Virus record (IMG/VR): IMGVR_UViG_3300032288_003949
Location: 1 to 64,000 of that record
Length of the DNA: 64,000 bases
Strand: one strand, 5' to 3'
Source of the DNA: a virus
Shown here: piece after piece, positions 10,301 to 19,175 of the stretch
Layout: each line of letters begins with the position of its first letter
Position numbering within the stretch: position 1 is the stretch's first letter
Notes under the pieces: model-generated
Seen by the model: only the letters and a program-made list of their open reading frames with translations
What the model was told of the DNA's origin: nothing
Databases searched by the model: none
Position numbers and translations under genes: made by a program

Positions 10301-13300
10301 TCTTGGGGGCCGTCAAGAAGTTGAATCCCTAGACTCTCTGCCACATCGCTGTCGGCGTTCAACACCTGCCCTTGGATATCCTTCGTTGAGACAGGCAGGA
10401 TCGCGGGCGATGCCATGCCCGTGCCTGTTACTGCCCAATGCGGCAGGTCCTGTTCGCCCGTCGGGGTATCGACTACAACGCGCTTACTGGTCGCGGGCTG
10501 CTCGTATCCGATGACATCTTGGCGAAGGTCGCCCCCGCTGGTATCTGGGTCAACTGGTTGGTCGTAGTAGCGTTTAATCGTGCCTGTGGACCCATCGGGA
10601 AGCAGCACCGTTGAGCCAATTGGCCGCTCTGGTGTCGCGGGCGATGCCATGCCCCGAGCTTCTCCCTGCGACTGCAGCAGGTCTTCTCTGACTTCGATGA
10701 TCTGACCAGTTCCGGTGAGCTGGATGTCGTAGTAGTCGATGGGCCGTGAGCCGTCCATCTCGCGGCGGCTGCTGAGCACGATGCCGTCGTTCCCGCTCCA
10801 CGAGACTGCTTCGCCTTCTGCGTAGACCTTCGCCATGGAGATAGGCGACTGCATTCCGTCACCGCTCAGGACGCTTGCCGCCCGTTCAAGCAGGTCTGCC
10901 GCAGTCTCGCTCCGAGCGGTGTCAAGGACAACTCCCCTTTGCAGCTTCTGTCCAATGTCAAGAGCTTCGTTAGGGTTATCAGGGTCAATCTGTTCAAGCA
11001 TGTTGAGAATGACGGTTCCTACCACTTCCCGTCCGTTGCGATCAAGGTTGCCCTGCCGCAGTGCCTGTGCGTATGGGATCTGATTGGGCGACTGCATCGC
11101 ATTGGGAGAAGCCATGCCTGCGGGCTCTGCACCCTGCTCGGTGACCAGTTGGTAAAGGGCGTTGCCTACTACTTCGCTCTTTTCCAGATACTTGTCGTCC
11201 ATCTCTGGCAGGTCTTGGCGACGCTGTATTTCCTGAACGATGGCGGTTACGCCGTCTTGGTCAATCTGCTGTGCGTTGGCCTGTTGCATGGCTACTGCTA
11301 CCAGCTTCTCATTGTTCATGGCACCGAGATTCCGGACTCGGCCTGAGCCAGAGCGGATCGGTGAGACGCCTACTAGATCCTGTCTCTGCGCCCATGCTGG
11401 TGACTGCATGCCGCTGAGTCCCTGCGAGACGGCCTTGTTTCGCTTGCCTGCGGTGCGCCTAAGTGCTCGGTCTGAAATCGGCTTAAATGCAATCTGTTTT
11501 GCTTCAAAGTAAAGCTTGGCGGCGAGCTGTCGATCCTTGGCATTGAGCTGCTCTTGGTTCTTAAGTGCTCTTGCAATTCGCAGGATCTCGTTCTCGTCGC
11601 CCGTGAGTCCTTCCTTGCGGCGCACATTGTCGATCAGTATTCCTGAGCTCTTGTTTGCCAAGCCGCCGAAGCCCTTGGCATATTCGTCGGCATCTCGCTT
11701 GATGATTGCCGCTTTTGTGCGGCCACCGCCTGCGGGCGATGCCATTCCGGTCGGAATATCACCCGCAAGGACTTCATCTATTGCAGCCGTCATCTCGGAA
11801 ACGAGGCGTTGCACCTTTTCTTCGGTGATATCTGGATCTGTCTTCAGCGCCTCAAGATCGGAAAGGATGCCAAGGAATCGTTCTCCCCCTGTCTGGGAGA
11901 CCATCAGGACATTCTTGAGCGGGATAATTTCCGCATCAAGTTCGTCCTTGGCCTGCGCCACGCTTTCAGCTGACGGCTCTAGGCTATTGAGGGTGTTGCG
12001 GGCTCGGTATATGCCCTGAAGGGACTTGTATTCGCGTGGCGGAGCGCCCCATCCTGCGGGCGATGCCATGCCGCCGCTAATGCTCTGGAATTGAACTGAG
12101 CCACCAAAGTCTCCCTTTAGTGCCTTCTCTGCTTCGGTTTGAACCTGCATCGGCTCGTCCCTGAGCGCGATGTTGGAGAAGGCCACGACATACCCTTCAT
12201 CGTCCCTAACTTCTGCGCCGCCGTCGGGATATACGCTGACATAGCCTCCGTCAATTTTCTTCGTCGCGGAGTAGTTACTGCCAGGGGTGTCACGACCGAT
12301 ATCCCATCCGGTTCCGGCCCAAACCTCCAGAGCCCGACCAGCTTCTGGGCTATCCCCGCCAAACTTCTCCGCCATGGCCTCAACCTTTGTCGGGCCGCCT
12401 GCGGGCGATTCCATCATCGGCTCGTCGTCGTAGAGATCGTCCTCTTCGTAGAGATCGTAGTCGTCGTCTTCGTCGGTTTCGATGGTGATGTTGCCGATGC
12501 GGACCTGCCCTGAGTCGTCGTCGAATTCGACGGAGAAGGAGTTATCGAAGGTGACTCGCTGCATGCCACGCGGTGTGGGCTGGCCCTCTCCGGCTGGGAC
12601 CACACCGAGTAGTCCTGCGTCGACCGAGTAGCTCTTGCCGTCTGAGCCTGTGTAGGTGCCATCTCCGTATGCGGTGCCGCTCGCGGTGAACGCTGGGCCT
12701 TGCATGATCTTTGCGCCGTAGTTCAGCTCGTCGAAGCCTTCTGATGAGTCAAGCGCTTCTGTCCATGCGTCGCCATCGAAGGCGTAAGCTGGATCACCGA
12801 CGAAGTAGTCTCCTGCTGGCAGAAGGTCGGATGTCCGGCGCTCAACGATTCGCCGTTGCTCAGGCGTGAGATCGGCGGGCGATGCCATACCTCCCCTCCA
12901 GTTCCGGTCGAACCAGTCATCGACTTGTCGCGGCGAAATCACGCCTTGAGCCTCTGCGTATTCCAGGGCTGCTGCGACAACATGGTTCCACCATTGGTCG
13001 TTGACCATTGCTTCGGCTTGTTGCTCAAAGCTACCTGGGAAGTCGCCGCCATCATCCAGGCCGTAGCCTTCTACAACCGCATCGTCATACAGGATGTTCA
13101 GCACCTCATCCGTACTGCCGAACTCCGGAAGCTCGTCGATCTTCTTCATGACGAAGTCGGCTGTGGAAGAATCGAGCCCGATCATATCGAAGGCTGCTGC
13201 AAACGGGCTTCCCTCAGCTCCGACCGACCGCAACATTTCAGCTGCTTTTTCGGGATTGCGGCCTCGCTTGCCCCATCCATCGTTCAAGACGCTTACAGCG

Positions 13301-16300
13301 GGCGATGCCATGCCACCCTTTAGAGCGTTGTTATCGACTGCCCACTTGTAGACGCGCTCGCCGACTTCTGTATCAGTCGCTGCGCTGTCTGGGTAGCGGG
13401 CTTTAATGTCCTCAAGTAGCGGATCGATCTCATCTTCGCTGATTCCACCCTGCTTTTCAGCAGCTTGTCGGAGCGCTGCTCCAAGATACTTATTGGCTTC
13501 ATCCGCGTCCTTCCCTAGGAGCGCAAAGTCGTCCGAGTCATACGGCACTGGCTGTGCAGGGGTAGGAGTAGCCTTCATCGCTGCGGCTGATGCCGCTGCC
13601 TTTGCGCGACGAGCTTCTTCTTCGTCGCTTGGAAGTATCGCTGTTTTCTCGTAATCTACGAGATCGAGTTTGCCCGTGCCAAGTGCATAGTCATATGCCT
13701 GATCTCGCACCACCGTGTCGCTGGACTCGCTGAACGGTAGGGCCTCCAGGCCAGTCTCTAGCTCATCAGATGTAGTGTTGGGCGGCAGGTCGTCGATGAA
13801 TTTCTTGACCGCCATGTCGCCCTCGGCTGAGAACATGCCGAACTGTCCTCGGAACTCATCACCCTCGCCGCCGTAGATTCCCTCGGTAGCCTTTGCCAGC
13901 TCAGCCGTATAGTTATCGACATTGTCGGTGGGGATTGCAACTCGTGATTTCCAGGTTTCCTGTGCGTCTGCAATTCGCTCGCCGTAGGCGTAGCGGCGGA
14001 GCTCATCAGTTCCAGCAGCCTCATCGATGGCAGATCGTGTCGCGTCGTCGAGCCCATCGTACTTGGCTTTCAACTGGGCGCGGTTCTGCTGGTTGAAGCC
14101 GTATACGGGCGATGCCATGCCGGATGCTGCGAATCTCTCTTGGCGCTTAACCGCATCGTCCATCTGCCGCTCGCGGAGACCCTGATCTCCACCCACACCT
14201 GGAGTTTCGAACTTGAGCTCGTCGACCTGACTGTCAAACTCGGCCTGCGAGAGCCTTCCGGCTTGGCGATCCAATATCAGCGAGAAGACTTGTTCTTCGA
14301 AGTCTGCGAGCGCCTGTGCTTCCTTCTCAGCTACGATTCGATCTTCTTCATCAAAGGAGCTTGGGCCTACTGGCGATGCCATGTTGGATGGATCCTGCTG
14401 ATACCAGAAGTCAGCCAGGGTGTCTTTTGCAAATGCGCGCAGGTCATCGACCGGCGTATCCTTGACCAGAACACCATCGGAGAACTCGTCGTTCGGCTCT
14501 AGGCCATCAAACCGCTGAAGCCAGTCTCGGAGCTTTGCTTCATCAGCGGTGTCTATGCCCTTGTTACCACCAATGGCCTTCCATGCTCGCTCGTAGGTGC
14601 TTCCAGGCTCCACGCCTGTAGGTGACGCAGGCGATGCCATACCGGTAGGGCCCTCTGGATCATCGGGGTCTGCGACATCAAGGGTCATGAAGATTTCTTT
14701 TCGCAAGTCTGGAATCGCGCCCTCATAGTTTGCGTCCATCGCATTGGGATCGAGCGCATCCAGAATCTTGACCATTTCGTCAGGCGTATAGGAGGTGGTG
14801 TTGCGCTTCAAGCTTGGATCCCTTGGCTTCCAGCGTGGGCTCGGAGATCGAGTGGTTCCGAGTGCGTCGAATCCTGGCACTGCATCGCGCAAGATTTCAA
14901 GGTCAGCGTCGGTCCAGGTCCATGAGTTGTTGCGGCTCAGAGAGTCTGCGATTGCGGCCTTGACGGATTCTGCAGATTCATAGTCGCTGGGCGATGCCAT
15001 GCCGCTCTGCATACCGAAGCCGCGATACAGGTCCTGAAGCTCCGCGACAGCGTTCCGTCGCTGCTCAGGTGTCATGTCTTTCGTGACATCGCCAATTTTT
15101 TCGCGTAGCGCGAAGGCATCAGCAGGGGGGAGCTTCGCTAGTGCTGCGTTAGCCGCATCCATGTCGCCGTATTGAATGCCCCGCGCAGCTTCCTTGGCAT
15201 TGTTCTGAGCCGCGTCGATGGCAGCCTGTGCATCGGATTGCGTAGCGCCCTTGTCTACGAGTCTCTTGACAGCATCTGAGTAAGGGGAATCGCCTGCTGG
15301 CGATGCCATGCCCTCGGCCTGTGCCTCCAGGCGGGCCACAAGCTGATCGCGTAGGCGCTCCTCGGCATCGTCACGATACTTCTGTTTTTCAGCGTCCGAC
15401 AGCTTGTCGTAGTCCTTGCCGTCGTCATAGGCCAAGTCGTATGCGTCGTCCTCAACCTCTTTCGCGTATCGCTCGTCATTCATCTTCTCAAGTTCGTCGG
15501 GACTCGGATTCATGAATTGCGAAGCGTCTGGTTCATCAGCGACTCGCATCGCATCGATTTCTTGCTGCGTGTTCGGCGATGCCATGCCCTTTTCGTCGGT
15601 GTAGAGTTCGTATTCCGCGCCGATGCGGTCGGCCATTGCCTTCATTGTTCTCGCTGCGAATTCGTTGTTGTTAACTCCAAAGATGAGAGCGTCTTCCACA
15701 GGCTTTGCTACGCCCTTCACGCCCCGAAGCTCTAGGCCCGTGACCTTGCCGTCTTCGACGGTAATTGAACCCTCTGGTGTGTAATCTGCGCCGAGATACT
15801 TGACCTTCAGGTCATCTGGAAGTTCTGTGACGGCAGCGGGCGATGCCATGCCGGAAGCCTTCTTGTAGGCATCTGGCATCGCATCGATTTGTTCCTGCGT
15901 CATCTGCCTGCCGGTTGAGAACCGCTTGGAGAATTCATCGCGAGACATGCTCTTGGAGACGGTCGGCTCAAACGGACCAGCGGTCTGGGCTGGAGCGGTT
16001 CTACTTCCAGGCCGCAGATCGGCATCGTCCTGTCTGTCCTTGCCATCAGTCCACTGGGTGTTCGGCGATGCCATACCGATGCCGCGCTCAAACTCGCTGG
16101 ACTTGGATCCTGGAGCCTCCATGTCGCGCTCATCCTGCTCCATCTTGGCGAGCTTGGCCGCGTCGGAAGCGGTTCCCTGTGCGCCTCTGTTGAGCGTCAG
16201 CTTCCGCCCGTTAGCCAGCCTAATGCTCTTGCCGTCAGGTTCAATCTTCCCGCGTGTGCCTGCAAGGTCGACGCTATCTCCAGGCCGCAGCACCCGCCCG

Positions 16301-18666
16301 CGCCCCTTGGGTGCGAAGGTGCCGTCAGCAAGCCTCTTAATGGATGCGATCCGCGATGCGCTCCAGCCACCACGGTTCCCGCCGATGCTGCGGAGCCCGC
16401 TCATAGCCGCGCCACGGAGACGATTGTCGATGCTCGCCTCCTGCAGTTCTATATTCGGATACCGCTTCTTGACAGCGGCTCGCACCTTAGACTTTTCTTC
16501 GGGTGTGCCGAACTGAGCTACGCGAGCAAGGGCGTTACGGGCATGCGCCTCGTCATGGATTGGGTACTTCCGCTCAGACGGGAAGACGAATGCGCTTTCG
16601 GGGAGAGCCTTCTTTTCCTTGTAGGAGAGCTTGGCCTCTTCCATCTCCGGCGGCTCTATCAGTGCGATGATGGGGTTGTTGGGTGAGCCGCATTCGGGGC
16701 AGTACTTCTCGTCACCCTCTAGCTCAGCGCCGCATGAGCACTTCTCGCCCTCGCTCCAGCCACAGTTCGGGCAGTAGGCATGGTCGCCCTTGCCACAGTC
16801 GCAGGTTTCTTTGCCTTCCTGCTCGTAGCCTTCCTTCTCGTAATCTCCCTTGCCGCCCTTCTCAATCTTCACCTCGACTTCGACCTTCATGCCCTCTTGC
16901 ATGTCGGACATTTCGGACTCCCAGTCATCGCAGAGCATGTTGGGGCCTACGGAGTGATCACCGTGCTTCGTGCATTTCCCGTTCTCGTAGTACTCGCAGG
17001 TTTCACAGCGCATGTCTCCAGCGCGGGCCTCGCGTAGGTTCGGCGGACCCTCTGGTGCAGCGACTGCATTGCCGTCTGTTGCGGCCTCTGCGTCGCCTGC
17101 GTCAGACATGGCATCTTCCCGCAGGTTCTCCCAGTCAGGCACGAAGGCTTCGCGCATGTTGAGCGGGCGGCCAGCAGGACGCTTGGCTCGGTCTAGCAGG
17201 AAGTTCATGTCTTTCTTAGTCATCTCTCCCACCGGCTTGCCCATCTTGTCTTGCATCGCGGCTGCGGTTTGTGCGCCGACAATGCCGTCCACCTGCAGAT
17301 TGTTCATCTGCTGGAACTGTCTTACGGCGGCCTCGGTTGCAGAGTCGAACTTGCCGGAAGCATTTTGCATTCCCAGATCCTTCTGGACACCGCGAACCGC
17401 TGCGCCCTTTGAGCCAACGGTTATCCACCTTCCGCCGCGTCCTCTTGGGTGCTTCTTCTCAAACTCAGGGTCTTCCACCTGTCCACGGGGATTGCCCTGC
17501 TTATCGTAGGCAATCTTGCCACCTGGCCCCATGCGAGCGTTGCGCCACTTGGCGTAGGAGCTCAGCGCTGGGGATCCGCCAGCGGATTCTTCCAGCTGGT
17601 CGTTGGAAACCTTGCCGTTGAGCTTCTTCTGGGTCTTAGGTCCGGCTACGCCGTCTGCCTTGAGTCCGATGCGGCGCTGGATTGCCTTGAGTGCTCGCTC
17701 AGTATGGATCCCGAAGACGCCATCTACGCCCGCATCGCCGACGCTTGCCTCCATGATCCAGAGCTGGGCCTGAAGCTTGGCAACGGCTTCTCCCTCCGCC
17801 CCACGCTGGAGCGACTCCTGCATCTGCGCTGCGGCCATGTTGTCGACAAGGTTCGGATACTTGCGCCCTGCCTTCTTCGCCCGTGCCTTCGCAGCGGCCT
17901 TCTGCTTATCGGTCAGCTTCTTGCCCTTCTTGCCCTTCGGGTTCTTCTTCTCCCACGGCGGCGTGTCTTCTGCCATGTCGCCTTCGCTGAGCTGTCCGAA
18001 GGACTCTGCAAGTGCGCGAAGCTCGTCGACTTCGTCAGCGAGCAGGTCGGCAACCTTCTTCATATCGCGGGGCTCTGCTGCGGGGCCACCAAGCCGTCCG
18101 ATCTTGACTGACTCCGACAGGTCTGCCTCCATGAGCTCAATCGCCTTCTTGACGATCTCCTGCTTACCGACTGTCTTCGGCTCGCGGAGCAGCGGGAGCA
18201 TGCCTTCGGCGACGATGAGCCGCTTCTTGACGAGTTGTCCGATCTCCTTGGCGACCTTGTCATCGCAGTGCATCTCCATGAGATCGTCGGCTGCGGTCAG
18301 ATCAAAGGCCTCTTGGAGTTCTGCTGTTTCCTTCAGAGACTTGGCTGCGGTCTTCGCCTTGGACTTGGCTCGCTTGGCCTCCCAAGATGCGACAGCGGCA
18401 CAAGCCTTGGCGCGGGTCGTGGGCTTCAGGTCACCGCCGTTCCAGTTCTTTCCGGTTGAGCACCAGCGCTTTGTCGTGGCGACGGCGGAAGCGATGGCCT
18501 GACCGATGGGCCGCCCGCGCTCGTAGTGCATGTGCTTTGCGATCCGTTCGATGTAGCTCGGAAGACCGCCCGTCTTGTCCACCCAGTTCTGCTTGCCAGG
18601 GACACGCTCCAGATCGGGATAGACCCGACTGCTTACTTCTTGGAGTTCGTTACGAGAAGGTGGCAC
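7306..18666 (-). CDS. giant 3786-aa modular virion-associated polyprotein (two PG-binding domains, Cys/Zn modules, then about 24 M-x-S-P-linked modules)
   Basis: uninterrupted ORF; PG_binding_1 motifs (DGVFG..T..A...Q...GL.ADGVAGPKT; FQQ..NL.VDGIVGAQT), CxxC clusters, HPRG.GGRW, repeated GMASP. Confidence 0.85.
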   Translation of the reverse strand: MPPSRNELQEVSSRVYPDLERVPGKQNWVDKTGGLPSYIERIAKHMHYERGRPIGQAIASAVATTKRWCSTGKNWNGGDLKPTTRAKACAAVASWEAKRAKSKAKTAAKSLKETAELQEAFDLTAADDLMEMHCDDKVAKEIGQLVKKRLIVAEGMLPLLREPKTVGKQEIVKKAIELMEADLSESVKIGRLGGPAAEPRDMKKVADLLADEVDELRALAESFGQLSEGDMAEDTPPWEKKNPKGKKGKKLTDKQKAAAKARAKKAGRKYPNLVDNMAAAQMQESLQRGAEGEAVAKLQAQLWIMEASVGDAGVDGVFGIHTERALKAIQRRIGLKADGVAGPKTQKKLNGKVSNDQLEESAGGSPALSSYAKWRNARMGPGGKIAYDKQGNPRGQVEDPEFEKKHPRGRGGRWITVGSKGAAVRGVQKDLGMQNASGKFDSATEAAVRQFQQMNNLQVDGIVGAQTAAAMQDKMGKPVGEMTKKDMNFLLDRAKRPAGRPLNMREAFVPDWENLREDAMSDAGDAEAATDGNAVAAPEGPPNLREARAGDMRCETCEYYENGKCTKHGDHSVGPNMLCDDWESEMSDMQEGMKVEVEVKIEKGGKGDYEKEGYEQEGKETCDCGKGDHAYCPNCGWSEGEKCSCGAELEGDEKYCPECGSPNNPIIALIEPPEMEEAKLSYKEKKALPESAFVFPSERKYPIHDEAHARNALARVAQFGTPEEKSKVRAAVKKRYPNIELQEASIDNRLRGAAMSGLRSIGGNRGGWSASRIASIKRLADGTFAPKGRGRVLRPGDSVDLAGTRGKIEPDGKSIRLANGRKLTLNRGAQGTASDAAKLAKMEQDERDMEAPGSKSSEFERGIGMASPNTQWTDGKDRQDDADLRPGSRTAPAQTAGPFEPTVSKSMSRDEFSKRFSTGRQMTQEQIDAMPDAYKKASGMASPAAVTELPDDLKVKYLGADYTPEGSITVEDGKVTGLELRGVKGVAKPVEDALIFGVNNNEFAARTMKAMADRIGAEYELYTDEKGMASPNTQQEIDAMRVADEPDASQFMNPSPDELEKMNDERYAKEVEDDAYDLAYDDGKDYDKLSDAEKQKYRDDAEERLRDQLVARLEAQAEGMASPAGDSPYSDAVKRLVDKGATQSDAQAAIDAAQNNAKEAARGIQYGDMDAANAALAKLPPADAFALREKIGDVTKDMTPEQRRNAVAELQDLYRGFGMQSGMASPSDYESAESVKAAIADSLSRNNSWTWTDADLEILRDAVPGFDALGTTRSPSPRWKPRDPSLKRNTTSYTPDEMVKILDALDPNAMDANYEGAIPDLRKEIFMTLDVADPDDPEGPTGMASPASPTGVEPGSTYERAWKAIGGNKGIDTADEAKLRDWLQRFDGLEPNDEFSDGVLVKDTPVDDLRAFAKDTLADFWYQQDPSNMASPVGPSSFDEEDRIVAEKEAQALADFEEQVFSLILDRQAGRLSQAEFDSQVDELKFETPGVGGDQGLRERQMDDAVKRQERFAASGMASPVYGFNQQNRAQLKAKYDGLDDATRSAIDEAAGTDELRRYAYGERIADAQETWKSRVAIPTDNVDNYTAELAKATEGIYGGEGDEFRGQFGMFSAEGDMAVKKFIDDLPPNTTSDELETGLEALPFSESSDTVVRDQAYDYALGTGKLDLVDYEKTAILPSDEEEARRAKAAASAAAMKATPTPAQPVPYDSDDFALLGKDADEANKYLGAALRQAAEKQGGISEDEIDPLLEDIKARYPDSAATDTEVGERVYKWAVDNNALKGGMASPAVSVLNDGWGKRGRNPEKAAEMLRSVGAEGSPFAAAFDMIGLDSSTADFVMKKIDELPEFGSTDEVLNILYDDAVVEGYGLDDGGDFPGSFEQQAEAMVNDQWWNHVVAAALEYAEAQGVISPRQVDDWFDRNWRGGMASPADLTPEQRRIVERRTSDLLPAGDYFVGDPAYAFDGDAWTEALDSSEGFDELNYGAKIMQGPAFTASGTAYGDGTYTGSDGKSYSVDAGLLGVVPAGEGQPTPRGMQRVTFDNSFSVEFDDDSGQVRIGNITIETDEDDDYDLYEEDDLYDDEPMMESPAGGPTKVEAMAEKFGGDSPEAGRALEVWAGTGWDIGRDTPGSNYSATKKIDGGYVSVYPDGGAEVRDDEGYVVAFSNIALRDEPMQVQTEAEKALKGDFGGSVQFQSISGGMASPAGWGAPPREYKSLQGIYRARNTLNSLEPSAESVAQAKDELDAEIIPLKNVLMVSQTGGERFLGILSDLEALKTDPDITEEKVQRLVSEMTAAIDEVLAGDIPTGMASPAGGGRTKAAIIKRDADEYAKGFGGLANKSSGILIDNVRRKEGLTGDENEILRIARALKNQEQLNAKDRQLAAKLYFEAKQIAFKPISDRALRRTAGKRNKAVSQGLSGMQSPAWAQRQDLVGVSPIRSGSGRVRNLGAMNNEKLVAVAMQQANAQQIDQDGVTAIVQEIQRRQDLPEMDDKYLEKSEVVGNALYQLVTEQGAEPAGMASPNAMQSPNQIPYAQALRQGNLDRNGREVVGTVILNMLEQIDPDNPNEALDIGQKLQRGVVLDTARSETAADLLERAASVLSGDGMQSPISMAKVYAEGEAVSWSGNDGIVLSSRREMDGSRPIDYYDIQLTGTGQIIEVREDLLQSQGEARGMASPATPERPIGSTVLLPDGSTGTIKRYYDQPVDPDTSGGDLRQDVIGYEQPATSKRVVVDTPTGEQDLPHWAVTGTGMASPAILPVSTKDIQGQVLNADSDVAESLGIQLLDGPQDEFDDTPMIITAGGKAFKIDVEIENIDEGWTSDLARFDALQAALGNLTPSATGDTYGDVDIDFGGDNDPAANPVWRSIGYGQAGDAEAGGTFTVEEWKPKGMESPFDYVIAAERDRARPADPATMQPGNEGAALEDITPVDSPNMPERAFPSQEILLSNGTTYTELPRSYLHRSIPTVHTTKNTIRPLTAEDLKRVENGQLDGVRVNQPVPVGMKSPAAIEHKARVKQVAEGRNVYMPHGTVIKSGEGQPTIAHGYSEGPVAAESLSPDRAAAVTVQVADALDSLASQDPEFLGTNYTEEVFAGFVNDKDVFSLADLTAVRPDELAGYEQGMASPVAASTVDLPANYSDNLDAVEMHQMPAGTLFADVGGYTYVLHRATNKEGKWYIAKPVDADGNIIQDDPHPDAEVGKPHSPTKRILHWRFAPRSTGGMHPDYAEEVDATFVPNTDEKAAELEAAGVEPNDATQQAVEGVKLGLDAYAAGSPIRSAKGNIRNVKAMKNEKFLPLYEEMQDFATIDPDGWERVNQEYGRRSALPESDPKYLPSQAPAAAPEAPAAAPAAPTPKEKVAKPNKKAVANWAQDGTTASPARSPKGNIRNIKAMNNDKLLGLINQMTDTNYEGQTFAAADPDAWAKITEVAESRGINLPEVDMPQYQPGAAPVAPPVADLPESEKGIYDAIKGNIGTEDAPTPETTPEPAPVPAVDEGMSPEDAAIAAGEVAFEQSAANVASELGGGWDGAQVIAALGDLAQKGVDIDVENESPQTVAAVLKATGAEPMASPAGEIGDGEGPVYDGGYSGFNKSVDPASIFTAGGIETFAGDSYRIPLYTAALTLDTALENDGQFINADAIKARMDETSKALDDNPRWSEASKTAIKANLRAAWDELRDYEVSNAAPVENITRARQNLDAAYREIGVELENNPAFRGDSESMASPMGGPLDGMGQVQPEMSAAEEEAMAKADEGAYDQMSTSELIYALGVSPNTELSRQELIDRLRAKQGQ
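7508..16074 (-). repeat. in-frame dispersed repeat ATGGCATCGCC (G-M-A-S-P linker); about 24 M-x-S-P copies, 15 identical at DNA level
   Basis: + strand ggcgatgccat at 9299, 10406, 10640, 11735, 12059, 12878, 13301, 14108, 14372, 14630, 14990, 15299, 15575, 15839, 16064, plus variants. Confidence 0.9.
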
Positions 18667-18712
18667 TGTGCGAATGCTAAAGGTTGTGGCTCAGGGTTCC
18701 CGAAAATGACTT

Positions 18713-18985
18713 TCAGCGTGTCGCCCTAGCTGCGAGCGCGTCGATGAAGCGTTCGATGTCGATCCGATTGCCCTGATCGTGGTAGCAATCGTCCCAGACC
18801 TTCTTCGTAGAGATTAGTGCGTCTTTCCATTCTTGGCGGCTCTGCTTATCGTGCGGCCAGCGGACTCGTTGAAGGGCGATTTTCCACGCATGCTCAAAAG
18901 AGATTTGCCGCCCCTTCATGGCGACAAGTTCCTGAAGCAACTGTTGTGGTGGTGTCGGCCTAGTCTTTCTCGCTGGTGTTGGCAT
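18713..18985 (-). CDS. hypothetical protein
   Basis: ORF with probable start MPTPARK. Confidence 0.5.
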   Translation of the reverse strand: MPTPARKTRPTPPQQLLQELVAMKGRQISFEHAWKIALQRVRWPHDKQSRQEWKDALISTKKVWDDCYHDQGNRIDIERFIDALAARATR

Positions 18986-19160
18986 CGGCCCCGCGCATCT
19001 GAACCTGCGCGTCGCCCCTGTAGGTTGCAATGGCTGCCATCATCAGTCGCAGTTCCCGTTCAATCGCAGCGAGGGAGCGATCCCGTTCGGCGGGATCCGC
19101 GAGAGATGCCTGCTGGACCTCGATGAAGTTTCGGAGAGCTGTTACTTCGGGCAGTGACAT
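18960..19160 (-). CDS. hypothetical protein
   Basis: 66-aa helical ORF. Confidence 0.5.
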   Translation of the reverse strand: MSLPEVTALRNFIEVQQASLADPAERDRSLAAIERELRLMMAAIATYRGDAQVQMRGADANTSEKD

Positions 19161-19175
19161 GGCTCGGAGTGTGAA

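Noticed and set aside
9299-16074. GGCGATGCCAT repeats as a CRISPR array
   Set aside because: Repeats are only 11-17 bp, spacers are 200-1100 bp and in-frame coding, and no cas genes are present.
7508-16074. MASP methionines as internal translation starts
   Set aside because: Most lack a properly spaced SD or -10 box, and the upstream residue is constrained to Gly, which fits a peptide motif better. Not fully excluded.
7306-18666. Tape measure protein
   Set aside because: Acidic modular sequence without TMP-like helical repeats or TM segments; located in the head module.
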